A stretch of DNA of 64,000 bases from Hadesarchaea archaeon (GTDB taxonomy: Archaea > Hadarchaeota > Hadarchaeia > Hadarchaeales > Hadarchaeaceae): positions 32,001-96,000 of the forward strand of contig JAPDJH010000009.1 of NCBI GenBank assembly GCA_029259175.1, read 5' to 3'. The first letter of the stretch is position 1; each line of letters begins with the position of its first letter. Positions 39,796 through 49,112 of this stretch are shown here, piece by piece. Both the position numbers and the translations under genes were made by a program. The notes beneath the pieces are model-generated. The model was not told the origin of the DNA. It worked only from the letters and a program-made list of their open reading frames with translations, and did not search any database.

Positions 39796-40713
39796 ATGTG
39801 GCCTGCTGAATGGCTAGCAGAGAAATACTTTGAGATCAAAGAGCTGCCGCGAATAGTCGATCGAAACATGGTTGCAAAAATTTGGAAAACTAACAAAAAC
39901 TACGCGAGTGTCACCTTGCACGAGATGCGCGAAGCTTTACTTATAGACAGATTGAAGAGAGGAGCATATCTATCGGTACCGCCTGAGAAATGGCTGCCGG
40001 TGCACTCGTTCCTGATGCGAACTCCAGAAATCGCTCCAGCTCTATCTAAACTATTACAGGACTCGATGAACGATATTGAGTGTCTGGTGCTCTATGGCTC
40101 GCGGATTTGGGGGGGAGATGAGCTAAGCGACTGGGATTTCTTCACCGTTGTTTCCTCCGAAAAGTCGAAGAATGCGATGAGGACCAAACTCCTCAAAATC
40201 AGGCAAACAAATCTTCGACTTGATGTGGAGATATTGTCTGTTCAAGACTTCGAGTTTCTCCTACGCAAAGACCCGATTTTTCTCAAACTCGTAGCGTGCG
40301 AGTGCAGGCCCATAGTAGATACTGGTATTCTTGGAATTGCCAAGGCAATCGAGATTAAACCAGAACACGTTGCCGTTGAAATGTTGGCCGCGAAAGAAAA
40401 TATTCTACAGGGCATGGCATGCGCGCGACGAGGCGAAAGCAGTATCGCCTGCTACTGGCTCACCCGCGGGATCCGGCGAACGCTTGCTGCGGCCCTCTCC
40501 ATGTGTGAAAACTTCTCCGGGAAAGCTTTGGAAGAGGAATTCAAAGCACGTTTTCCTCAGTATGAGCAACTTCGGGTGATCGTTAAAAAAATTGGCTTGG
40601 AACGAGAAACACATATACCAAAAAAATTCCTTAGAGAACTTGTTAACAGAACAATAGTCGAGTGGGAACTGGTAGCAAAGGAGTTGCGCAGATGGGGAAA
40701 AAGCGCAAAATAA
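39796..40713 (+). CDS. wHTH-MNT protein with C-terminal helical (HEPN-like) domain
   Basis: N-terminal LIDRLKRGAY wing; LYGSRIWG...SDWDFF; helical C-terminus. Confidence 0.7.
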   Translation: MWPAEWLAEKYFEIKELPRIVDRNMVAKIWKTNKNYASVTLHEMREALLIDRLKRGAYLSVPPEKWLPVHSFLMRTPEIAPALSKLLQDSMNDIECLVLYGSRIWGGDELSDWDFFTVVSSEKSKNAMRTKLLKIRQTNLRLDVEILSVQDFEFLLRKDPIFLKLVACECRPIVDTGILGIAKAIEIKPEHVAVEMLAAKENILQGMACARRGESSIACYWLTRGIRRTLAAALSMCENFSGKALEEEFKARFPQYEQLRVIVKKIGLERETHIPKKFLRELVNRTIVEWELVAKELRRWGKSAK

Positions 40714-40949
40714 AGAAACCAGCAGCGCTTCTGGCACAAAGAAAAGCACACTTGCAACTTGCAGAGGAATTTTCCAAACTCGTACCAACTGAAGTAATTA
40801 AACATTGGGAAAAAGAGGCCGAGCGCTTCGAACGCGAAGCTAGACGGCTTATGACAGGGTTACCCACGAGCTACCTAGAAGAAATAGAAAAGATAAGTGA
40901 TGAAGAAGCGAAAAAGCTCTTACGAAGGAAGCGAAAAGAGATAATCTAG
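40692..40949 (+). CDS. Small basic/helical hypothetical protein, partner of the upstream MNT
   Basis: 85 aa from ATG 40692, overlaps the upstream gene, ends just before R3. Confidence 0.55.
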   Translation: MGKKRKIKKPAALLAQRKAHLQLAEEFSKLVPTEVIKHWEKEAERFEREARRLMTGLPTSYLEEIEKISDEEAKKLLRRKRKEII

Positions 40950-40968
40950 ACATTCGCGTAGCGAATCT

Positions 40969-41010
40969 TCTGTCCTTTACTTTCATTAAGGATCCCACCG
41001 GCGGCTCCAC
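40969..41010 (+). repeat. Cassette boundary repeat R3
   Basis: TCTGTCCTTTACTTTCATTAAGG-ATCCCACCGGCGGCTCCAC; 16 nt identical to 37987-38002. Confidence 0.9.
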
Positions 41011-41057
41011 AAAAAATAGTTTATAGGTAAGGATTTCTTACATTAATTAGTGATGGG

Positions 41058-41309
41058 ATGAAAGGAAGCGTGGTAAAAATTACCTCAAAAGGACAACTTA
41101 CCCTCCCCGTGGAAATCCGGAGAGAGTTAGGGGTTAGGAAAGACGATTATCTTTACGTCACAAGAGCTGGTGAGCTAATTCTGATGAAGCGGATCGGAGT
41201 GAATCCTAAGGAAATTTTAGATACCTTTCAGCAAGTCGCAAAGGAGAGCGGGCTGACGAGAAAAGAACTAAACCGGGTCATCCGCGAGATCAGGCGGGCA
41301 AAAGAATGA
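41058..41309 (+). CDS. AbrB/MazE-family antitoxin
   Basis: KITSKGQLTLPVEIRRELG. Confidence 0.9.
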   Translation: MKGSVVKITSKGQLTLPVEIRRELGVRKDDYLYVTRAGELILMKRIGVNPKEILDTFQQVAKESGLTRKELNRVIREIRRAKE

Positions 41310-41728
41310 ATAAAAAGCCAAGAGTTTTCTTGGACACGAACGTTTTGATATCGGGAATGGTATTCAGAGGAAACGAGAGGAAACTGCTGGACGCGATTAT
41401 TGATAACCGATTGAAACTGGTAATAAGCGACGATGTTTTGAACGAAACAGAAATGGTCTTCAGGAAAAAATTCCCGCAGCACCGTGTTCTTTTCCCGTTA
41501 TTTTTGCAGCTCGTGAAGCACGAAAGAATACCGAGAAAAGCGTATAGAAAAGCCGAAAAGACATATTCTGGACTCCTCCGTGACAAAACAGACGCCCACA
41601 TCCTTGCGGCCGCTGTCGTGGGCAAGTGCGATTATCTAATTGCCGGCGACAAAGAACTCCTTTCCCTGAAGAAAGTTGGTCTCACAAAAATAATTCAAAC
41701 GTGGGAGTTGCTGAGAGAATTGAAATAA
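41306..41728 (+). CDS. vapC: PIN-domain (VapC) toxin
   Basis: FLDTNVLIS, E, DKTDAHIL, GDKELL. Confidence 0.9.
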   Translation: MNKKPRVFLDTNVLISGMVFRGNERKLLDAIIDNRLKLVISDDVLNETEMVFRKKFPQHRVLFPLFLQLVKHERIPRKAYRKAEKTYSGLLRDKTDAHILAAAVVGKCDYLIAGDKELLSLKKVGLTKIIQTWELLRELK

Positions 41729-41787
41729 ACGTGTGCTCTGTCTCCTCGCGCTTCAGCAAAAACTAAAAACCACACCACCCATCAGAA

Positions 41788-43914
41788 GTGTTGGTGAAGA
41801 GACTCGCTCTCCTAGCTGGAGCAATCCTCATCATTCTCGCCATGGCTCTCCACACTGGAGAAAAGAAGGGAGTTGAGCTGCCCCCGCCGGAGGAGAACCT
41901 CGTGCCTTCTCCATCCCAGCAAGGGCCCGCATGGGAAAACGAAATGGAAGAGATTTTGGTCCAAGTGTTCGAGAGCTCCTATCGAACGGCCGGGCCAGCA
42001 GTCGGAGAGTTCGAGAACGGGCAAGCAGCTGATCTCGTGCTTTTTCAACACGGGTTTGACAACTCCGGAGGCCCACTGAGCTTCAATCACCCCATGGGTC
42101 TGACAACCGACGGGCAGAGACTGATCCTGGCAGACACGCGCAACAACCGCGTTTTGATCTGGAACGAACTGCCCGACTCAAACACCGTCCCCGACCTCGT
42201 GCTCGGCCAGCCTGATTTCTATCACAACGTTCCCGGCGACGGTTTGGACGAAATGAACTGGCCGGTGGGCGTGGCGACCGATGGCACCAGCCTCGCGGTC
42301 GCGGACACGATGAACAACCGCGTTCTGGTCTGGCTCGACTTCCCCACCGAAAACGGAGAGCCAGCCGACCTGGCCATCTACGGTCCACCCGACCAGCCCA
42401 TCGGTGGCCCTTGGGGCGTCTACTTCCTCGATAACAGATTCATAGTCGTGAGCACTTGGGGCAACTCGGGTGTCTACATCTGGAACCACATCCCCTCAGC
42501 CGATGAGCCACCGGATCTTGTGCTCACGGGCGACGGAATGATGGGAACGCCGCGGCAGGTGTGGAGCGACGAACAAAGACTGGTCGTTGTGGATCACAAC
42601 ATCGCGCTCGAATCTGGGGGATCCCAGCCCGGCATGCTTTTCTGGCTGGACTTTCCGACTGCTGACGAGCCACCCGACTTTTACATGACCGGAATGCTGT
42701 GGGGACCAGCGATGGACCACCAGGGGCGCTTCATGGTGCTCAACAACTACGGCCTAGCGATATGGAACGATTTCCCCGCAGGACCGGACGACGAAGCAGA
42801 TCTGGTCATAGGCTCTCCAATGATTGCAGAGTGGATCAGGCGACAGGAGTACCGCTTCGACGATGGAGATGGATCGAGCATTGTTCCTGCGGGCGACCGG
42901 CTGTACATCTCGCTGTACAATGCCAACATGGTGGTCGGCTACCGGTCCTTGCCTGCTTCGCCGGACGATCTGCCAGACTTCGCCTTGGGATCGACGAGTA
43001 TTTGGATAAATCCGATGGAAAACAAGGGTTTCTTCGAGAACCCCGTTCCCGCCTCGGATGGGGAGCACCTCTTCGTGGCCAGCGGATTCAGCAGGCGTCT
43101 GTGCGTCTGGCGCAATATTCCCGATGAGAGCGGTGCAACCCCCGATGTGATCTACACGTTTCCAAATCTTGAGCCCACCAACGTTTGGGTGGAAAACGGA
43201 AAGCTGGCGCTCGGAACGAACAGCTCAATCGTCTACATCTGGAATCACTTGCCCCTAGCAGGCGAACTTCCAGATGTTGTTCTCAACCTAGAAAACATCT
43301 TTGCCCCTCCGGAGAGCGATTCAGCCGAAACCGGCATCATCCCCGTGTGGGTTTGCCTGGCCAAAAACCGGCTGTTCGTTTGGGAGGTCGGGGGGACGAT
43401 TCTGGTGTGGAACGAGGTGCCCACAGAGCAAGAGGACCCGGATCTCGTCATCCCCACCGATCTCCCGATCTCGTGGCTGTGTGTGGACGACGATCGCCTA
43501 GTCGTTACGACAAGGGACGATGAGGTCAGGGTGTATGACCTAATTGACCTCCTCTCCCTCCAGCCCCCGGCTACCGAAAAACTGAGCAAAGAGGGGGCTC
43601 CCCAGATCGAAAATGCTCTGCGTTTGGTATTGAGAAGGGATGCGAACAGGGAGGAGTTTAGAGCCCCCACCGGTGTCCACTCGCGAGAAAACAAGCTCTT
43701 GCTAGTAGACCTAGAGCTGAGCGAGGTGTTTATCTGGAACGGATTCCCCACCCAGAACGACCAGCCACCGGACGCCGTTTTGGGGAGTAAAATGGAGTGG
43801 GCAACCAACAGCAACACATTCTTCTGGCCAGCGATGGTGTGGTACGATGGAGACCACCTCTGGGTCGGGGAAACCAAATTCTCGAACAGACTTCTGAGAT
43901 TCTCGCCCTCATAG
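41788..43914 (+). CDS. Membrane-anchored NHL-repeat beta-propeller protein
   Basis: N-terminal TM; repeated ADTxNNRVLIWNxxP...PDLVLG units; acidic. Confidence 0.75.
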   Translation: MLVKRLALLAGAILIILAMALHTGEKKGVELPPPEENLVPSPSQQGPAWENEMEEILVQVFESSYRTAGPAVGEFENGQAADLVLFQHGFDNSGGPLSFNHPMGLTTDGQRLILADTRNNRVLIWNELPDSNTVPDLVLGQPDFYHNVPGDGLDEMNWPVGVATDGTSLAVADTMNNRVLVWLDFPTENGEPADLAIYGPPDQPIGGPWGVYFLDNRFIVVSTWGNSGVYIWNHIPSADEPPDLVLTGDGMMGTPRQVWSDEQRLVVVDHNIALESGGSQPGMLFWLDFPTADEPPDFYMTGMLWGPAMDHQGRFMVLNNYGLAIWNDFPAGPDDEADLVIGSPMIAEWIRRQEYRFDDGDGSSIVPAGDRLYISLYNANMVVGYRSLPASPDDLPDFALGSTSIWINPMENKGFFENPVPASDGEHLFVASGFSRRLCVWRNIPDESGATPDVIYTFPNLEPTNVWVENGKLALGTNSSIVYIWNHLPLAGELPDVVLNLENIFAPPESDSAETGIIPVWVCLAKNRLFVWEVGGTILVWNEVPTEQEDPDLVIPTDLPISWLCVDDDRLVVTTRDDEVRVYDLIDLLSLQPPATEKLSKEGAPQIENALRLVLRRDANREEFRAPTGVHSRENKLLLVDLELSEVFIWNGFPTQNDQPPDAVLGSKMEWATNSNTFFWPAMVWYDGDHLWVGETKFSNRLLRFSPS

Positions 43915-44104
43915 AAGCGGGTGTCCCGCGCCCGGTGGAACCTGAGCCATCGCCTCGTCTCCTCAGGCGCATGGCAGGCGCGGGCATAGAAAATTTTTCT
44001 TTCTCACTAAAAAGGGTTACAAGTCTATAACACTGTCCACAAACATGCTGAGTATGATCCAGTCGTCTATAAGTGTAGTGTGCTCATCCGAAAGTATTCT
44101 GATC

Positions 44105-44905
44105 CTAAAAAGCTGATTCACACTTTAGACCTAGAACTTTAGATTTCCGCTCGATTTCTTTTTTTACACTTCTCCACCACTCTGGCGTTTGCAAGATCTT
44201 TTTTATCTTAGCAACTTCCTCCGCGCCAAATACTCGTTCAAGTCTCTCGAGCACACCCGTTTTTACGTTGAGCTTATCATACATCACATAACTTCCACTA
44301 GACTTGGCTTCTCGCAACACTTCTTCGATTTGCTCGGGCGAATCGTTCACACCTGGGATTATAGGGCCCAAGAACAGCCACGTCTCCACATTACGCTCTT
44401 TGAATTCCTTCAGAACCTGAACACGTGCATCGGGATCCGGCGCACGAGGTTCAATTTTAGAAACGACATCTGCATCCAGCGTGGTAACCGTCACGCCCAC
44501 TTCGAATTTCTCCCCCCGGATAAGATCCCGATCGCGCAACACCAGATCAGATTTGGTCTGAATGCAAACACCAAAACCCGAATCGCGGAGAACCTCCAAA
44601 CACCGTCTGGTAAGCTCCACCTCTTTTTCAATTGGCTGGTAGGGATCACAGACTGTAGAAACACCCACCACCCCCGGCCGCTTACGTCTCACTTCAGCCC
44701 TCAGCACCTCAGCCACATTCTCCTTAAGCCAAACATCCTGTCCCCACCTCTCCACCAGTTCGGCATCTCTCAGAATAGCTGGAGAGTAACAGTAGAGACA
44801 GCCGTGCTCACATCCGCGATAGGGATTAAGAGCATAATCCAGTCCCGGAAGTCCGCTTTTCGATAGCGCGCTCTTGCACCGCATCAGGTGGTACCTTGCT
44901 TTCAT
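44105..44905 (-). CDS. Radical SAM protein (spore photoproduct lyase-like family)
   Basis: NPYRGCEHGCLYC, DPYQPIE, QTKS. Confidence 0.9.
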   Translation of the reverse strand: MKARYHLMRCKSALSKSGLPGLDYALNPYRGCEHGCLYCYSPAILRDAELVERWGQDVWLKENVAEVLRAEVRRKRPGVVGVSTVCDPYQPIEKEVELTRRCLEVLRDSGFGVCIQTKSDLVLRDRDLIRGEKFEVGVTVTTLDADVVSKIEPRAPDPDARVQVLKEFKERNVETWLFLGPIIPGVNDSPEQIEEVLREAKSSGSYVMYDKLNVKTGVLERLERVFGAEEVAKIKKILQTPEWWRSVKKEIERKSKVLGLKCESAF

Positions 44906-46218
44906 GTCAAGAACTCCGTTATTCGTTTTTGATGTAAAACACGCCTAAGCATCCAACTGTGCTTTATCCATTCTCCAAGAGGAATAGTCAGATGGCTCAT
45001 AGCATGCTCCAACGCCTCGCGTAGAGTGTCAAACCGTGCTGGTTTCTGCCGCACCATCGCCCTCACACTTTCTCTAACATTCCACACGCCCACCGGCAAT
45101 ATATATCCGGGATGAATCTCACGCAACACCAGCACCGCAGCCTGACGTTTTTCTCTTACCAGCTGCTCACACACGGCCAACCTGCAAGAATAGTAACATC
45201 CTCCCACTTCGGGATAGGTCGTTCTCCCCCAATACTCTTCGTAGTCTCCCATCATCGCTGGTTTAGCGGCAAATCTGTCCGGATTCCATGTGGTCCCCGG
45301 AAACCAGGCCTCTATCCACTCGTAACTCCAGCTCTCAGGAAAGAAGATCCCGACAAATCGATTATCAAGGTGGCGAAAAGCGTAGACCCTGTACTCATCG
45401 ATCACCGGATAGGTCTTCACCTCGTCCATCAACCGCTGGGACACGATCGAGTCCACGGCAGTTATGCTCCAACGTGTTGGAACTAGACGTCTGCGCTCTT
45501 GGACTCCAAACATCCCGAGACTAAACGCGCGCTGAATCCTGCTGATCTCAACCCCCTGCGAATACAGCTCCCAAACGGCGTCCGCGGCTTTGAGATCCCG
45601 GTCATAAAACGTCCGCTCGAGCTTGTGATCGGAACCACCCACACTCGCTCGAAAGCTGCGCATGGGGGCTGAAGGGCCAAAAGGAGGGATCTCATTTCCG
45701 AGTGTCAGAACTGCACTTGGTTTGCGTTCTAAAACCAGCTCGGCATCCGCAGGAGTGCGGCTAAGCAACATCTCTTGAAGTGTCTCAAGAATGCGGCTAC
45801 CCGTAGCCGCATCACGAACATCAGCGCGTGTTTTTCCGCGAATCAGCGAAAAACGAAAATCAATTATTTCCTGAATGTCACGGCCAAGCCATTGCTCGGG
45901 AGTATCAAGTATCGATGTATCCCCCCTTATTGGCGGAACCATTGGCCCTACTAAAACCTTCGGATATCCTATTCGGCCTACAAAGACTCCTGGAGGGCTC
46001 GATCCTTCTACTATCGAGGAATTGATTTTCAATGATGTTTTCACAAGCGAGCGGGCGCGGGCAAGAACTGGGCAACGCAGCTTGCCGCATAACATGCGCC
46101 CGCCCTTGCAGTGCAAACACACCGCACCGGAACGCGTGCTCACCACTTTGAAACTCGTGAGTTCCCGAGCGATGTTCGATGGAACAACATCGGCGAGCCA
46201 GCTCATAGCCCGATTCAT
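44902..46218 (-). CDS. nreA: DNA repair protein Nre
   Basis: CLHCKG..LCG..CP, SPPGVFVGRIGYP, LVPTRWSITAVD, C-terminal PIP box QKRITEFL. Confidence 0.9.
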   Translation of the reverse strand: MNRAMSWLADVVPSNIARELTSFKVVSTRSGAVCLHCKGGRMLCGKLRCPVLARARSLVKTSLKINSSIVEGSSPPGVFVGRIGYPKVLVGPMVPPIRGDTSILDTPEQWLGRDIQEIIDFRFSLIRGKTRADVRDAATGSRILETLQEMLLSRTPADAELVLERKPSAVLTLGNEIPPFGPSAPMRSFRASVGGSDHKLERTFYDRDLKAADAVWELYSQGVEISRIQRAFSLGMFGVQERRRLVPTRWSITAVDSIVSQRLMDEVKTYPVIDEYRVYAFRHLDNRFVGIFFPESWSYEWIEAWFPGTTWNPDRFAAKPAMMGDYEEYWGRTTYPEVGGCYYSCRLAVCEQLVREKRQAAVLVLREIHPGYILPVGVWNVRESVRAMVRQKPARFDTLREALEHAMSHLTIPLGEWIKHSWMLRRVLHQKRITEFLT

Positions 46219-46351
46219 GCGCTGCCCCTCTCTTCCTACGTGTCACCAAACTTTGTTTATTTCTTCACACCACACCAAAAATAATCCATCTGCGCGTTAG
46301 GGCCACCGTATAGGTCTTATACATCGAGAATCCTCTTTTTTCTTGGTTTGA

Positions 46352-47359
46352 ATGATCGACTACGATCTCGAACCCCACACAGTCGCCCGATTTTTGAAAC
46401 AACACCGAGCAAAGCGAGTAGGAATCCAGCTCCCAGCCGGTCTGCGCCCTTTCTGGCCCAAGATCGCACACACCGTGCGCAAAAGTGGTTCCACACCTTT
46501 ATTCCTCAAAACGTGCTATGGTGCATGCGACCTCGCGGATCTCCAAGCCAAACAACTCGGATGTGATGTGCTCCTGCACTACGGTCACGCAGATATGGGG
46601 CTTCCGACCCTAGTTCCAACCCTCTATGTTGAAGCCCGCGTGAAGAGAATCACGCTGGGAGCCATAGGGCTCTTCGCCAAACGAGTCCACGGGTCCCGGA
46701 TCGGTCTCTTCACGACCGTACAGTATGTCGAACATCTCCCACGGATTGTAGAAAAACTGAGGGAACTCGGTTTGAAGCCAGTCATTGGAAAACCCGGGCC
46801 CAGGACCAAGTACCGCGGCCAAGTGCTGGGTTGTGATTTCAGTTGTGTCAAACAGATATCAAAAAAATGTGAAGCTTTGCTTTACGTCGGGACGGGAAGA
46901 TTTCATCCTCTCGGGTGTGCAATCGCGACTCGCAAGCCCGTGTATATCGCCAATCCGCTCACAGGAAAGCTAAGCCAAATCGGTGGCTTGAGCGAGTTTC
47001 TTCAAAGCCGCAAAGCCGCCATTTCTAAAGCTGCTAGTGGCCGTCGGTTCGGTGTGATAGTCTCAACCAAGCGAGGACAAGCCCGTTATGCGTTGGCCCT
47101 CCAATTGGTGGAAAAGCTTATCACCAATAGAAGAACCGCAGAGCTCGTAGTACTTGACGAGGTACTTCCAGAACACTTAGCTGATTATTCCTTCGACGCC
47201 CTGGTGTGTACGGCCTGTCCTCGCATACCGATCGATGATTCTCCGCGATACGAAGTACCACTGCTAACCCCTTTCGAGCTTTCCGTCATGCTAGGAGAAC
47301 GTCCGCTCGAGGATTACCAAATGGACGAAATCGTGCGAACAGATTTTGGAAAGATTTAA
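46352..47359 (+). CDS. dph2: Diphthamide synthesis protein Dph2
   Basis: CYGACD, HYGH, QVLGC, GRFH, TACPRI. Confidence 0.9.
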   Translation: MIDYDLEPHTVARFLKQHRAKRVGIQLPAGLRPFWPKIAHTVRKSGSTPLFLKTCYGACDLADLQAKQLGCDVLLHYGHADMGLPTLVPTLYVEARVKRITLGAIGLFAKRVHGSRIGLFTTVQYVEHLPRIVEKLRELGLKPVIGKPGPRTKYRGQVLGCDFSCVKQISKKCEALLYVGTGRFHPLGCAIATRKPVYIANPLTGKLSQIGGLSEFLQSRKAAISKAASGRRFGVIVSTKRGQARYALALQLVEKLITNRRTAELVVLDEVLPEHLADYSFDALVCTACPRIPIDDSPRYEVPLLTPFELSVMLGERPLEDYQMDEIVRTDFGKI

Positions 47360-47391
47360 GCCTTCTAGAAGCAGGGGAGTATGGGACAAGC

Positions 47392-47970
47392 ATGGAAGTC
47401 AAGACCGGAGACTTTGTTCTGCCAGGAGACTTTCTAGCCACGGCAGAAGAATTCGTGCCTGGAGAAGGAGCTTACGAAGAGAACGGAAACATCTACTCGT
47501 CAACAGTTGGAATGGTGCTGGTAGATATCCGCACCAAAAAAATCTCCGTGTTCCCCAAAACCAAAACACCACCAACTCTGAAAATCGGAGATATCGTGAT
47601 CGGACGAGTAGAAGAGGTGCGTGACCAATTTCTAACGGTTTCCATCGCCGCTCTCGTGGGAAATGAAAACAGAGAACTGCCGCCACCGAGGCTGGCCCTA
47701 ATTCATATCTCCAAGGTTCAAGCGGGCTTTGTTAAGGATTTGAGTAAGCTTTTCAAGCCAGGAGACATCATCAAAGCGAAGGTTCTGAATGCGCAACCAG
47801 AGTTAATACAGCTCACCACCATCGGGAGGGAGCTCGGCGTGCTCGTTGCTTTCTGCTCCCGTTGCCGCTCCCCTCTAGATCGAGAAGGGAACAAGTTGAG
47901 ATGTCCTTCGTGCGGATCGGTCGAGACCAGAAAGCTGTCCGTGCACTACCGACAGGAAGTAGCAAAATGA
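47392..47970 (+). CDS. csl4: Exosome subunit Csl4
   Basis: VLPGD..EEF.PGEG, S1 domain, C-terminal Zn ribbon, ETRKLS. Confidence 0.9.
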   Translation: MEVKTGDFVLPGDFLATAEEFVPGEGAYEENGNIYSSTVGMVLVDIRTKKISVFPKTKTPPTLKIGDIVIGRVEEVRDQFLTVSIAALVGNENRELPPPRLALIHISKVQAGFVKDLSKLFKPGDIIKAKVLNAQPELIQLTTIGRELGVLVAFCSRCRSPLDREGNKLRCPSCGSVETRKLSVHYRQEVAK

Positions 47971-48167
47971 AAAAGCAACTCACCATCAAAACCGGAAGTC
48001 TAGCTCAGATGATCCAGACGCTTGAGAAACTGGAGACCCTCAACGTGGATTTAGACGCCGAAGGGAGAGGAAAAACCATCACTCTCACCCTATACGGCGA
48101 CAAAGCAGACATCAAACGCGCGCTCCACAAGTTGCGCCAGATCCGCGAATCGAGCAAGGATTTATAA
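47967..48167 (+). CDS. Small hypothetical protein
   Basis: 66 aa from ATG overlapping the csl4 stop. Confidence 0.6.
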   Translation: MKKQLTIKTGSLAQMIQTLEKLETLNVDLDAEGRGKTITLTLYGDKADIKRALHKLRQIRESSKDL

Positions 48168-48199
48168 AAACCGGGTTGGAGTGAAGGAAGGGGGTCCTC

Positions 48200-48484
48200 G
48201 TGGAAATAGAAGTAGTAAAAAAGGAAAAAAACGACCTAACACTACGAATCGAAGGTGAAACCCACACGCTGATGAATCTCCTGTGCTCCGAACTTTACGC
48301 GGACGATAGCGTGAAAGTCGCGTCCTACACCCTCGAACATCCGTTGACACGGGTGGTACTGTTTCATTTGAAAACGGCTGGCAAATCGCCTGAAAAAGCT
48401 CTCAGCTCTGCTACCGACAGGATCGTCGAAAAGCTGGAGGAACTGAAAAAGGAATTTCAGACAAAACTGAAAAGGCGCGAATAA
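48200..48484 (+). CDS. rpoL: RNA polymerase subunit L (Rpo11)
   Basis: GETHTLMNLL, YTLEHPL. Confidence 0.9.
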   Translation: MEIEVVKKEKNDLTLRIEGETHTLMNLLCSELYADDSVKVASYTLEHPLTRVVLFHLKTAGKSPEKALSSATDRIVEKLEELKKEFQTKLKRRE

Positions 48485-48521
48485 AGTTTTACATCTCTGC
48501 GTTCAACTCTTTTACGATCCC

Positions 48522-49112
48522 ATGCGCCACTTTCACATCAAGCCAGAAATCCGAGTGCTAGGGGTTGACGACGGACCCCATAGTGGTTCTCATCCGGTGC
48601 CACTAGTGGGGGTCGTGTTTCGGGGTAATCGATGGTTTGAGGGGATTCTAAAAACCGAAATCACGAAAGACGGGATGGACGTCACCGACAAACTTATCGA
48701 AATGGTGAAAACAAGCCGACAGTTGGGGCAGCTCCGTATCATCATAACTGATGGAATCACGTTTGCAGGGTTCAATGTGTTGGATATTCGCCGAGTTTTT
48801 AATGAACTTGGTCTTCCCGTCATAGCCGTTTCACGCACTAAACCCAACATGCGAGATATCAAAAAAGCACTCAAGAATCTGCCCGATTGGCCAAGGAGAT
48901 GGGACATCATCCGGCGCTCCGGTAAAGTCTACGCCCTCAGGCCTCTCAGGGGCACTCGTCCGATATATGTCCAGCCAATGGGGATTGATCGAAAAACCGC
49001 CAAACAAATCGTTGAGCACACGCGTGGACGAAGTTCTATTCCCGAACCTGTGCGTGTAGCTCATATGGTCGCAACTGCAATAGTGAGAGGGGAAAGTCAT
49101 GGCGGGGCATAA
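48522..49112 (+). CDS. DUF99 / UPF0215 endonuclease V-like protein
   Basis: LGVDDG, DGMDVT, DGITFAGFN, PEPVRVAH. Confidence 0.85.
   Translation: MRHFHIKPEIRVLGVDDGPHSGSHPVPLVGVVFRGNRWFEGILKTEITKDGMDVTDKLIEMVKTSRQLGQLRIIITDGITFAGFNVLDIRRVFNELGLPVIAVSRTKPNMRDIKKALKNLPDWPRRWDIIRRSGKVYALRPLRGTRPIYVQPMGIDRKTAKQIVEHTRGRSSIPEPVRVAHMVATAIVRGESHGGA

Larger units (their letters stand above)
38002..41746. mobile_element. tRNA-Thr-anchored array of toxin-antitoxin cassettes (no integrase present)
   Basis: Four two-gene modules separated by three repeats that contain the tRNA 3' end. Confidence 0.7.

Noticed and set aside
38574-41010. Boundary repeats read as a CRISPR array or as attC sites
   Set aside because: Spacing is kb-scale and gene-filled, there are no cas genes, and the repeats are tRNA-derived and lack the attC inverted R/L boxes
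44020-44104. Possible box C/D sRNA (ATGAT...CTGA) in the intergenic region
   Set aside because: Box C is poor (ATGATCC) and no convincing internal C'/D' pair was found
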